NCBI GenBank assembly: GCA_963667465.2
Contig: CAXXDN010000001.1
Coordinates: forward strand, 192,001 to 256,000
DNA length: 64,000 nt
Source of the DNA: Dehalococcoidia bacterium
GTDB lineage: Bacteria > Chloroflexota > Dehalococcoidia > UBA2979
Direction of reading: 5' to 3'
Shown here: one piece after another, positions 28,692 to 37,341 of the stretch
How the letters are laid out: the number at the start of each line of letters is the position of its first letter
How positions within the stretch are numbered: the stretch's first letter is position 1
Notes under the pieces: generated by a model
Database searches by the model: none
What the model was told of the DNA's origin: nothing
The model's input: only the letters and a program-made list of their open reading frames with translations
Program-made: the position numbers and the translations under genes

Positions 28692-30500
28692 CTACCGCGC
28701 TGCCTCCACCTCCACCGTGACGACGTCGATCTCGTGGTACTTGCGGTGCTGCACGGATGAGGCGTAGTGGCGTAGCAGGCGGAACGTGAGCTCGTTGTCG
28801 TCCTGGCTCTGCGGCGTGTCGCCGAGGTAGGCCAACCGGTCCTCGAGGTTCTCGTCCCGCTCCTCGGAGGTCGCGACGAACTCCAGCTCGATCGTTCCAG
28901 AGCCGCTCCGCGTGCTGATGATCAGGTTCCGATCGCCGCGGGTGAGCTGGTCGGGTTCGAGGCTCAGCAGGCTCGCCAGCGTCTCCTCGCCCGCCGAACG
29001 CAGCCGATCGGTCGAGGGCTCGTCCCAGCCTGCCTTCCCGGCGATCTCACGGAGATACTCATCGACCTTCGGCAGGGAGAGGATGTCCAGATTCACGCTC
29101 AAACTGCGGGCTCGTGGTTGGGTCAGGTTGATCAGCACGGTGAAGAAGATCATGGCGACGCAGCCGGTGGTCAGGCCGTTGCTGAACAGGATCTCCCACG
29201 GCCCGGTGATCAGATTCGGGAAGATTAGATCGTTCTGGAACCCCACCCCCAGCCAGAACGAGACGCCCACCACTGTGGACGTGCGCGGGTCCAGCCCTCC
29301 CTGGATCACCAGTCGCATGCCCTGCACGAACAACAGGGCCAGCCTCACGATCACGTAGGCCGCGAACAACGGAGTCGGGATCGCCGTCAGGACCGCGATC
29401 GCCTTCGGCAGAACCGCCACCGCCAGCAGGATGCATCCGGCGTAAATTCCGACGCGGCGCGCCGCCACGCCGGTGAGGAGCACGTGCGCGGAGTTTGCGG
29501 TCGGCACCGTGTTCGGCAACCCGGACGCGACCGCCGCGAGCAGGTTGGTCACCGCCATGACGTTGAACGCGCCCTGGACCACGCGGAAGTCCGTCGCCCG
29601 GGGGTTGCGCCACGACACCTGCTGGATGGAGATCGTGTCGCTGATGCCGTAGATCGCCGCTGCCAGGTAGACGATCGCGAACCCCGGCAACAGCGTCCAG
29701 AACTCGACCCCGAAGTTGAAGCCGAAGCCCGGCCAGCCCTCGAGCGGAACGCCGATCCAGGCCGCATCGCCGACGCTCGCGGTGTCGTACAGACCCACCG
29801 GCACCGCCACCACGCAACCCGCGAGGATCCCGATGAACGGCGTCCACTGCTGCACGACCGGTGGCGCGAACAGCCGCAGACCCATCATCACGCCCAGCGT
29901 CGTCCCGGCCACGGCAAGCGCCGCGGTATCGGAGCCACCACCGGCTGTGTCCGACATCCTGTTGAGCAGAACCGACATGACCGTGGCCGCGAGCAGCATC
30001 AACACCGTGCCCGTGACCGTCGGCGTGATGATCCTCCGCAGCAGCGAGAGCCGCTGGATGAAGAGGAACAGCAGGATGGACGAGACCACCATGGTGCTGG
30101 CCAGCAGCGCCGGCCCGCCCTCCGTCAGCGCGGCGATGACCACGGCGATGAACGCCGAGGTGCTGACCACCCCGATCGCGTAGCCCGCGCCGAATCGCCC
30201 GAACTGGAAGACCTGCGCAATGGTGCCGAGCCCGCAGACCACCGCCGAGACCGAGAACAGCCACGGGGTGTATTCGCTCGGCTGACCACTCGCCTCAACG
30301 ACGATCGCCGCTATTGCTGCCAGCGTGATGAGGCGGCCGGCAATCGAGAGCAGGCCGTGGCCAAGCGCCGCCAGCGGAGGGATCGGCTCGTCCGGCTCGT
30401 AGAGGATGTAGTCGTTAGTCTGCGCTGCCGCCAAGCTGGCTTCCGATCGTGAGTCTCGGCCCGGCTCGCGGCTCGCACGAGCGGGCCTCGCGCCAGCCAA
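28692..30500 (-). CDS. NCS2 (xanthine/uracil) permease with C-terminal HATPase/RsbW-like extension
   Basis: YEPDE, ITPTVTGTVLML, TGVAARR, many TM helices, about 140 aa soluble tail; start may be TTG at 30434. Confidence 0.8.
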   Translation of the reverse strand: MAGARPARASREPGRDSRSEASLAAAQTNDYILYEPDEPIPPLAALGHGLLSIAGRLITLAAIAAIVVEASGQPSEYTPWLFSVSAVVCGLGTIAQVFQFGRFGAGYAIGVVSTSAFIAVVIAALTEGGPALLASTMVVSSILLFLFIQRLSLLRRIITPTVTGTVLMLLAATVMSVLLNRMSDTAGGGSDTAALAVAGTTLGVMMGLRLFAPPVVQQWTPFIGILAGCVVAVPVGLYDTASVGDAAWIGVPLEGWPGFGFNFGVEFWTLLPGFAIVYLAAAIYGISDTISIQQVSWRNPRATDFRVVQGAFNVMAVTNLLAAVASGLPNTVPTANSAHVLLTGVAARRVGIYAGCILLAVAVLPKAIAVLTAIPTPLFAAYVIVRLALLFVQGMRLVIQGGLDPRTSTVVGVSFWLGVGFQNDLIFPNLITGPWEILFSNGLTTGCVAMIFFTVLINLTQPRARSLSVNLDILSLPKVDEYLREIAGKAGWDEPSTDRLRSAGEETLASLLSLEPDQLTRGDRNLIISTRSGSGTIELEFVATSEERDENLEDRLAYLGDTPQSQDDNELTFRLLRHYASSVQHRKYHEIDVVTVEVEAAR

Positions 30501-30554
30501 TCATACCGACGAACTCCCGACAGGCCGCTACACAAACGGCGTATCATCCCGGCC

Positions 30555-30854
30555 ATGCCCGGCACGCTTGGCGCCAACTACTGCCCCGAGGGCTGCTACT
30601 GGCCCTGCGAGCACCGCGCGCCCGGAGCCTCCGGCAGCAGCACGGGCGGTTGGACCCTGGGCCCAAACCCCGGCGACGACCCCGAGGAGCTGGCTCTCGA
30701 GGAGTGGCAACTCCACTCGATCGCCGGGATCCCTCACTCCCGGTCGATCCCGACGCTCAAGTTCTGCTCCGAGTGCGGCGAGTCCTTCGCCGACTCGGCA
30801 GAGCATTCCCGCGAGCACGAGCGCCTGCGCCAGCTCCGCGACGACCGCCGCTAG
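30555..30854 (+). CDS. small Cys/His-rich protein, probable zinc binding
   Basis: CPEGCYWPCEH and CSECGESFADSAEHSREH; TATCAT -10-like box just upstream. Confidence 0.6.
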   Translation: MPGTLGANYCPEGCYWPCEHRAPGASGSSTGGWTLGPNPGDDPEELALEEWQLHSIAGIPHSRSIPTLKFCSECGESFADSAEHSREHERLRQLRDDRR

Positions 30855-30958
30855 CCTCTCGCCGCCCTCGAGGGCGATCGCGCGCATCCCTGCGGGGGGG
30901 TGTCCCCATCTTCTTCGTCAAGGGTCGCGGGCCGGTGACGGTGGGCAAGGGGAGGCCA

Positions 30959-32173
30959 TCAGGCGGCCACGGGCTCGTGTTGCGGGCCCGCGGCCTGGTA
31001 CGCACGGCGCGAGCGAAGCATGGCGAGGATCACGTCGCAGCGCCGGCGCGCGAGGCAGATGACGGCCGCGTTGTGCGCCTTCCCCTCGGCCCGCTTGCGG
31101 TCGTAGAACGCCCTCGAGGCAGGGTCGCGCAGCGAGGCGAAGGCAGCGAGGAACATCGCGTTCTTGAGCCGGTGGTTGCCACGCCGGCTGCGGCCCTCGC
31201 CGCGGAGGCTGGAGCCGGACTGACGGGTCACGGGCGCGAGTCCGGCGTAGCTGGCGAGTCTCGATCCGTTTGCAAAGCGGGACCCGTCGCCGATCTCAGC
31301 GAGGATCCTCGACCCGGTCCGCGGACCGATGCCCGGAAGCGTGCCGAGGATGCGCCCGAACGGGTGCGCGTTGAAGAGCTCCGCGATCTCGGTCTCGAGC
31401 CGCTCGCGGCGCTCAAACATGCGGTCGAGTTCGACGACTACCTCGGCGATCACGCGCCCCATCACGGTCTCGACGGGCACGACGACGGTCTGCGCGTCGA
31501 GCGCTTCGGCTACAGCTGCGGCAAGGGCCCTGGCGAGGCGCGGGGAGCGCTTCCGGATGATGCGGGCGCTGCGGCCGCGGCCGGCCTGGGCCAGCGCTTC
31601 GGGCACGGGGTGGCGGGCGAGAAGGTCGCGGACACCCGGATGGTGCAGCCTGGGGCCGAGAACGCGCTCCAGGGCCGGGGAAACACCCGTCAGTGCGTCA
31701 CGAAGCCGGTTCGAGAGCCGTGTGGCGTCGGCCGCAAGGTCGGCGTCGTAGCCGTTGAGGACGCGCAACTGCGCGAGCAGCTCGTCGTCGCGGGCGTCGA
31801 GCCAGTGCACCTGGTGGCGCCGGGTGCGGCCGGTGTCGGCGAGCACGAAGGCGTCGCGGCGGTCGGTCTTGGCCTCGCCCGGGTAGAGGTCGGCGGCGCG
31901 GCGCATCACCAGTCCGGGCACGTAGGCAACGGGAACGCCCCGGCGAGCGGCGACCGCGAGCACGAGGCTCGCGAGCGAGCCGGGCTGATCCACGACCAGT
32001 GCCGGGCTGCCGGTCGACGTCGCGCGGTCGAGCAGGGCCTCGATCTCCGCCTCGTCGTTGGCGACGGCTCTGGAGAAGAGCGGCGAGCCCGCGGCGTCGA
32101 GCACGTCGGCAAAGTGCTCCGCCTTCCCGATGTCGAGGCCGATCCACACGTCGATGTCGTCGGGCGTACCCAC
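30959..32173 (-). CDS. IS110-family recombinase/transposase
   Basis: RuvC-like acidic residues in GLDIGK, VVDQPG and KTDRRDA; LPGIG; SYAGLAPVTRQSG with the conserved Ser; GNHRLK; GTG at 32173 after AAGGGAG. Confidence 0.95.
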   Translation of the reverse strand: MGTPDDIDVWIGLDIGKAEHFADVLDAAGSPLFSRAVANDEAEIEALLDRATSTGSPALVVDQPGSLASLVLAVAARRGVPVAYVPGLVMRRAADLYPGEAKTDRRDAFVLADTGRTRRHQVHWLDARDDELLAQLRVLNGYDADLAADATRLSNRLRDALTGVSPALERVLGPRLHHPGVRDLLARHPVPEALAQAGRGRSARIIRKRSPRLARALAAAVAEALDAQTVVVPVETVMGRVIAEVVVELDRMFERRERLETEIAELFNAHPFGRILGTLPGIGPRTGSRILAEIGDGSRFANGSRLASYAGLAPVTRQSGSSLRGEGRSRRGNHRLKNAMFLAAFASLRDPASRAFYDRKRAEGKAHNAAVICLARRRCDVILAMLRSRRAYQAAGPQHEPVAA

Positions 32174-32194
32174 TGTGGCTCCCTTCGGTTGCTC

Positions 32195-32390
32195 GCCCAC
32201 TCGTCCGGAAGGCCGCAGGTACGCTCGCCGTCATCCACCTTACGAATCAGCGATCCGCCGCATGTCCCCATCAGAGGTTCACGCACCGAACAGCGCCGGT
32301 GGCAACACCCCCCAGGCCGTCGAGCGACAGGGGGCACTGAGCCATGCCGACGCTGCCGGACTTCCCGGTCTCAGACGCTACTGAGGCCGT
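32195..32390 (-). ncRNA. putative IS110 bridge RNA
   Basis: Two stem/internal-loop domains; loop sequences match the element right end (10/10 nt), the left end (6-8 nt) and the C-rich target. RNA ends are approximate. Confidence 0.75.
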
Positions 32391-32403
32391 ACGGAGAAAG
32401 TAA

Positions 32404-32428
32404 GGGGGCTGCGCCCCCCACAGCCCCC
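32404..32428. repeat. hairpin at the IS110 insertion site
   Basis: GGGGGCTG-N9-CAGCCCCC perfect 8 bp inverted repeat abutting the IS left end. Confidence 0.65.
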
Positions 32429-32484
32429 ACCTGGAGGTTCTGGAGGTCGCACGCGGCTTCCGCTGATAGACACGGTCCGGCGAG

Positions 32485-32730
32485 CCCCCTCACCCCAACC
32501 CTCTCCCCCAGGAGAGGGGGTCGGATCGAGGGCACACCCAACCCTCGAGGGCAGATCCGGCCCCCTCGCCCCCCGAGGGAGCGGGCGGGGGTGAGGGGGT
32601 CCGACGCCCAGGGGACGACAACCCTCGAGGGCAGACCCGGCCCCTTCGCCCCCCGAGGGAGCGGGCGGGGGTGAGGGGGTCCGACGCCCAGGGGACGACA
32701 ACCCTCGAGGGCGCACCCGCCCCCTCGCCC
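32485..32730. repeat. REP-like cluster with an 80 bp tandem duplication
   Basis: CCCCTCACCCCAACCCTCTCCCCCAGGAGAGGGG followed by inverted copies; ACCCTCGAGG at 32541, 32621 and 32701 (exact 80 bp period). Confidence 0.9.
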
Positions 32731-32818
32731 GGACACGGAGAGACATTGACAAACCTCGAAGCCCACGCGAGAGCGCGGTGCGGGCTACGATGCCGGCAGG
32801 CACGGAACGGAGGCAGCG

Positions 32819-33115
32819 ATGCCGAGACCACAGAAGCTGAGTGACGCCGAGATCGAGGAGCAGCTCGCCGGCCTCGCTGGCTGGAGCCGCGAGGGCGATG
32901 AGATCGTGACCGAGTTCCAGCTGGACGACTTCGTCGCGGCAGTCGGGCTGATCGCGCAGATCGGCGTGCTCGCCGAGCGGATGAACCACCACCCGACGCT
33001 GACCAATACCTACAACCGCGTCGGCGTGGCCCTCAACACGCACGACGCGGGCGGCATCACCGAGTACGACTTCTCGCTCGCCACGGAGATCAACCAGCGT
33101 GCGGGCAGGGGATAG
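32819..33115 (+). CDS. pterin-4a-carbinolamine dehydratase
   Basis: AERMNHHP, THDAGGITEYD. Confidence 0.92.
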   Translation: MPRPQKLSDAEIEEQLAGLAGWSREGDEIVTEFQLDDFVAAVGLIAQIGVLAERMNHHPTLTNTYNRVGVALNTHDAGGITEYDFSLATEINQRAGRG

Positions 33116-33120
33116 GCTCG

Positions 33121-33984
33121 ATGAGCCTCGATAGCCTGCGAATCGGCATCTCGCTCCCCGTCCGCGAGCTCGAGAACGACCTCGCGGGCATCCGCGACTT
33201 CGCCCGGACCGCCGAGGAGCTGGGCTTCACCCACCTGCGCATCCCGGACATGGTCATGCGCCCGGGCGGCGGTCACCTCCACGAGCCGCTGACGCTGCTC
33301 AGCTGGGTGGCGGCGCTGACCTCGGCAATCGAGCTCGTGCCCTCGGTGATCATCCTGCCCGCGCGGCAGACGGCGCTCGTCGCCAAGCAGGCGGCGGAGC
33401 TCGACGTGCTGAGCGGCGGCCGGCTGCGGCTCGGCGTCGGCGTCGGGCGCAGCGCCGAGGAGTACGCGGCGCTGGGGCAGGACTACCGCACCCGCGGCCG
33501 CCGCTGCGACGAGCAGATCGAGCTGCTGCGGCTGCTCTGGACGCAGGGCGAGGTGACCTTCGAGGGCGAGTGGGACCGCGTCGAGGGAGCCGGCATCAAC
33601 CCGCTGCCGGTGCAGCGCCCGATCCCGATCTGGATCGGCCCCGGCGGTGGCGGGCAGGCGCCTGCGGTGCTGCGCCGCGTCGGCCGCCTCGCCGACGGCT
33701 GGTTCGCGATCATCCCGCGGGAGGCCATGCCCGCCGCCAGCGCACAGATCGCCGAGGAAGCCGAGGCCGCGGGGCGCGACGCCGCCGCGATCGGCGTCGA
33801 GGCCGCCGTGGCAATCACTGGCAAGCAGCCGGGCGAGTGGCTCGCCGAGGCGCACGCCTGGGCCGAGGCGGGCGCGACGCACCTCTGCCTCCGCACGCTC
33901 GGTGGCGGCCTCGATGCGGCGGGCCACCTCGCCGCGCTCCGCGAGGCGCGCGCGGTTCTCGACTCGGCGCAGGCGGCGCGCTGA
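33121..33984 (+). CDS. LLM-class (probably F420-dependent) oxidoreductase
   Basis: AEELGF, HEPL, ALVAKQAAELDVLSGGRLRLGVGVG, PIPIWIG. Confidence 0.9.
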   Translation: MSLDSLRIGISLPVRELENDLAGIRDFARTAEELGFTHLRIPDMVMRPGGGHLHEPLTLLSWVAALTSAIELVPSVIILPARQTALVAKQAAELDVLSGGRLRLGVGVGRSAEEYAALGQDYRTRGRRCDEQIELLRLLWTQGEVTFEGEWDRVEGAGINPLPVQRPIPIWIGPGGGGQAPAVLRRVGRLADGWFAIIPREAMPAASAQIAEEAEAAGRDAAAIGVEAAVAITGKQPGEWLAEAHAWAEAGATHLCLRTLGGGLDAAGHLAALREARAVLDSAQAAR

Positions 33985-33987
33985 GGC

Positions 33988-34302
33988 TCAGGCGAGCTTG
34001 ACGGCCGTCCCGTAGACCAGCACCTCGGCCGCGCCCTGGGCGACGGCGGCCGTCGCCATCCGCACGGCGACGATGGCGTCCGCGCCCTGCTGCTCCGCGT
34101 CCTCCTGGAGCGCTGCGAAGGCCTGCTCGCGTGACTCCACCAGCAGCTGCTGGTAGGCGCCGATCTGGCCGCCGACGAGATTCTTGAGGCCCGCGAGGAT
34201 GTCGCGGCCCACGTGCCGCGCGCGCACCGCGTTGGCGCTCACGAGGCCGATCGTCTCGCTGATCTCGCGGCCGGGGATGGTGTCGGACGTGGTCATGATC
34301 AT
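33988..34302 (-). CDS. YbjQ (UPF0145) family protein
   Basis: MIMTTSDTIPG..RDILAGLKNLVGG..EVLVYGTAV. Confidence 0.92.
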   Translation of the reverse strand: MIMTTSDTIPGREISETIGLVSANAVRARHVGRDILAGLKNLVGGQIGAYQQLLVESREQAFAALQEDAEQQGADAIVAVRMATAAVAQGAAEVLVYGTAVKLA

Positions 34303-34415
34303 CTGCATGCTCCTTCGCGTGCGCACTCCATCCTCGCGCATCCGCGCGCCCGGCGCAGCGCGGCAGCCAGGAGCCGGCGACGCCAGAGTCGAGGTCGCTG
34401 CGCTAGGCTTGCCGC

Positions 34416-35108
34416 ATGACACACCATGCGGCGGCAATCCTCCTCGCGGCAGGCGTCTCGCGACGCATGGGCGGCGTCGACAAGGTCTGGGCCGAGGTCT
34501 GCGGACGTCCGCTGCTCGCCCTCTCGCTCGAACGCCTCGCCACCGTCGACGCGATCGAGGAGCTCGTGGTCGTCGCCCCGGGCGCGCGCCACATCGAGAT
34601 CGGCGAACTCGCGTTCGCGCTCGGCGTGAGCCCCAGGCTGCCGCTCCGCTGCGTCGAGGGCGGCGAGCGGCGCCGCGACTCGGTCGCGGCCGGCCTGGCG
34701 GCGCTGCCCGGCGCACGCTGGGTGCTGGTCCACGACTCGGCCCGGCCGCTGGCGAGCAGCACGCTCGCCTCGAGGGCGCTCGCCGCAGCGCGCGAGAGCG
34801 GGGCCGCGGTGCCCGGCCTGCCCGTCGCCGACACGATCAAGCGCGTCGACGGCGAGGGGCTGGTGCGGGAAACGCCGGACCGCGCCTCGCTGCGCGCGAT
34901 CCAGACGCCGCAGGCCTTCGACGCCGCCCTGCTGCGTCGCGCCCACGCGGAGATCGAAGGCGACGCCACCGACGACGCCGCGCTCGTCGAGCAGCTCGGC
35001 GCGCCGGTCCGCGTCATCGAGGGCGAGCCGCAGGCCTTCAAGGTGACGACCGCCGCGGACCTCGACCGCCTGCGCGCGCTGATCGCGGACGCCGGGACTG
35101 CTCCCTGA
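34416..35108 (+). CDS. ispD: 2-C-methyl-D-erythritol 4-phosphate cytidylyltransferase
   Basis: LAAGVSRRMGGVDK, VHDSARP, QTPQAF, TDDA. Confidence 0.95.
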   Translation: MTHHAAAILLAAGVSRRMGGVDKVWAEVCGRPLLALSLERLATVDAIEELVVVAPGARHIEIGELAFALGVSPRLPLRCVEGGERRRDSVAAGLAALPGARWVLVHDSARPLASSTLASRALAAARESGAAVPGLPVADTIKRVDGEGLVRETPDRASLRAIQTPQAFDAALLRRAHAEIEGDATDDAALVEQLGAPVRVIEGEPQAFKVTTAADLDRLRALIADAGTAP

Positions 35109-35587
35109 TGCGCATCGGCGCGGGCTACGACGTGCATCGCTTTGGCGAGAGCGGCGAGTTGCGCCTCGGCGGCATCGAGATCGCCGAGGCGCCCGCGCTG
35201 ATCGGCCACAGCGATGGCGACGCGCTGATCCACGCCGTGATCGACGCGCTGCTCGGCGCGGCGGGCGAGGGCGATATCGGCGAGCACTTCCCGCCGGGCG
35301 ACCCCGCCACGGCGGGCATCGACAGCCGCGAGCTGCTGACGCGTGTCATGCGCCTGGTCGCGGCGCGCGGCTACCGCGTCGTCAACGTCGACGCGACCGT
35401 CATCGCCGAGCGCCCCCGCCTGCGCCCGCACATCGCCGCCATGCGCGAGGCCCTCGCCCGCGACCTCGGCGTCGAAGCCGGCGCCGTCAACGTCAAAGCG
35501 ACGACAAACGAGGGCCTCGGCGCCATCGGCGCCGGCGAGGCGGTGGCCGCCCACGCCGTCGCCCTGCTGGATGAGGGTGCGGGGTAG
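35108..35587 (+). CDS. ispF: 2-C-methyl-D-erythritol 2,4-cyclodiphosphate synthase
   Basis: MRIGAGYDVH, HSDGD, DIGEHFP, KATTNE; TGATG coupling to ispD. Confidence 0.96.
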   Translation: MRIGAGYDVHRFGESGELRLGGIEIAEAPALIGHSDGDALIHAVIDALLGAAGEGDIGEHFPPGDPATAGIDSRELLTRVMRLVAARGYRVVNVDATVIAERPRLRPHIAAMREALARDLGVEAGAVNVKATTNEGLGAIGAGEAVAAHAVALLDEGAG

Positions 35588-35597
35588 GGGGTGCGTG

Positions 35598-35626
35598 GAA
35601 TAAAGAATGGGGCCCCGAAGGGCCCC
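35598..35626 (-). terminator. hairpin with the U-rich tail on the minus strand
   Basis: Minus strand GGGGCCC-TTCG-GGGCCCC-ATTCTTTATT. Confidence 0.6.
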
Positions 35627-35782
35627 AAGCCTCGCCTCCGCCCTCAGGGCCGCTAAGCCCATCAGGCTAAAGGGCACGAGGCCTACGCATCGTCGTCAGA
35701 CAGCCAGCGCCCCAAGCCAGAGGAGCCTGGAGCGCGGCGCTGGTCCCCACGGATGGCGTTCATACCGTGGTAGGATGTCGCC

Positions 35783-36028
35783 ATGCCGGTAGAGAAGATC
35801 AGCATCTCGCTCGACGCCGGGCTGGGCGATGCCGTTCGCCAGGCTGCGCGGCGCGACGACAAGGGGCTCTCCGCCTGGCTGGCCGAGGCGGCCAGGGCGA
35901 AGCTGCGTGCGGAGGCGCTCGGAGCCTTCCTCGACGCCTGGGAGCAGGAGCACGGCCCGGTCACCACCGAGGAACTGCGGCGCGCCGAGGCCGAGCTGGG
36001 GCTCCTCGCGGAGGCCCCCTCCGCTTGA
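35783..36028 (+). CDS. putative RHH-type antitoxin
   Basis: EKISISLD..SAWLAEAA; overlaps the PIN gene; TAGGAT -10 box 6 nt before ATG. Confidence 0.8.
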   Translation: MPVEKISISLDAGLGDAVRQAARRDDKGLSAWLAEAARAKLRAEALGAFLDAWEQEHGPVTTEELRRAEAELGLLAEAPSA

Positions 36029-36408
36029 GCGCACTCGTGCTTGACGCGGGCGCGTTCATCGCCGTCGATCGCGACGACCGCGCCATGATCGCGCGCCTGC
36101 GAGCCGCCGAGCAGCATGAGATCGGGCTTCGTACGAGCGCAATCGTCGTCGCCCAGGTATGGCGCGATCCGGCCGGCCGGCAGGCGCGGTTGGCGCACTT
36201 GCTCCACGCTGTGGACATCCGGGCCGTGGACGATCGGCTTGCGCGCGATGCCGGCGTCCTGCTTGGACGCGCGGGCACCGCCGACCCGATCGACGCGACC
36301 GTGGTCCTCGTCGCCGAGAGTGGCGATCGCATTCTCACCAGCGACCCCGGCGACCTGCGCCGCCTCGCCGACACTGCCGGTGCGCGCGTTGCCGTGGTCC
36401 CCTGCTGA
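36025..36408 (+). CDS. PIN-domain toxin (VapC-like)
   Basis: LVLDAGA..DPIDA..ILTSDPGDL; TTG overlaps the antitoxin TGA. Confidence 0.85.
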   Translation: MSALVLDAGAFIAVDRDDRAMIARLRAAEQHEIGLRTSAIVVAQVWRDPAGRQARLAHLLHAVDIRAVDDRLARDAGVLLGRAGTADPIDATVVLVAESGDRILTSDPGDLRRLADTAGARVAVVPC

Positions 36409-36614
36409 CGGCCCCTGACCGCGTCATCGCACGGCGTGGTCCACACCGCCCACCACAGACAGTCGTCTTCAGGCCAATCGGTAAGCCGCTCCGCGATGAG
36501 CCCTTCGCAAGCGCCCTCGCGTCGATCGGCACCAAGGCGGCATAGCGCCGCCCACCCGGCCGCACACCCCGCGTGTGCGATAATGGCGCGCGGCGGAGCG
36601 GAGGAACCCGCGAG

Positions 36615-37301
36615 ATGAGCTGGCTGCGCGCACTGCGCGAGGACATCGAGGCGGCGCAGGACCGCGACCCGGCGGCGCGCGGCGCACTCGAGGTGCTGCT
36701 CACCTACCCCGGCATCCACGCCCTCATGGTGCAGCGCATCACCCACGAGGCCGCCCTGCTCGGCGTGCCCCTGCTGCCCCGCCTGATCTCGCACATCGCC
36801 CGCTTCCTCACCGGCATCGAGCTCCACCCCCTGGCGACCATCGGGCGGCGCTGCTTCATCGACCACGGCATGGGCGTGGTGATCGGCGAGACGGCGATCA
36901 TCGGCGACGACTGCCACCTCTACCAGGGCGTCACCCTCGGCGGCACCTCGACCCGGCGCGAGAAGCGCCACCCCACGCTCGAGGACGGCGTCGTGGTTGG
37001 CGCGGGCGCGAAGATCATCGGCGACGTCACCATCGGCCATAACTCGCGCATCGGCGCGGGCGCCGTCGTCGTCTCCAGCGTGCCGCCCAACGCCACCGTC
37101 GTCGGCGTGCCCGGCCACGTCGTCGCCTTCACCAACCAGAGCAACGACACCGTCGAGCGCCTCCCCGACCCCGAGTGGGACCGCATCGAGGAGCTGGAGC
37201 GGCGCATCGCGCGCCTCGAGCGCGAGCGCCAGCCCGCCCCGACCGCCTCGGGCTCGAGCTCGCCCGGCGGCTTCGACGGCGGCGCGGCGCGCGAGCCCTA
37301 G
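36615..37301 (+). CDS. cysE: serine O-acetyltransferase
   Basis: [32 protein letters not shown]. Confidence 0.96.
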   Translation: MSWLRALREDIEAAQDRDPAARGALEVLLTYPGIHALMVQRITHEAALLGVPLLPRLISHIARFLTGIELHPLATIGRRCFIDHGMGVVIGETAIIGDDCHLYQGVTLGGTSTRREKRHPTLEDGVVVGAGAKIIGDVTIGHNSRIGAGAVVVSSVPPNATVVGVPGHVVAFTNQSNDTVERLPDPEWDRIEELERRIARLERERQPAPTASGSSSPGGFDGGAAREP

Positions 37302-37341
37302 CCAGCACGCGATCGCAGGCAGGACCAACGGAGCGCTTGCG

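Larger units (their letters stand above)
30899..32405 (-). mobile_element. IS110-family insertion sequence (about 1.5 kb, no terminal inverted repeats, ends in C tracts)
   Basis: Transposase plus a 230 nt upstream non-coding end and a short downstream end carrying outward TTGACG; both junctions fall in G/C homopolymer runs, so the limits are uncertain by a few bases. Confidence 0.88.

Noticed and set aside
32541-32712. 80 bp periodic repeats as a CRISPR array
   Set aside because: The units are near-identical along their whole length with no unique spacers; this is a REP-like tandem duplication.
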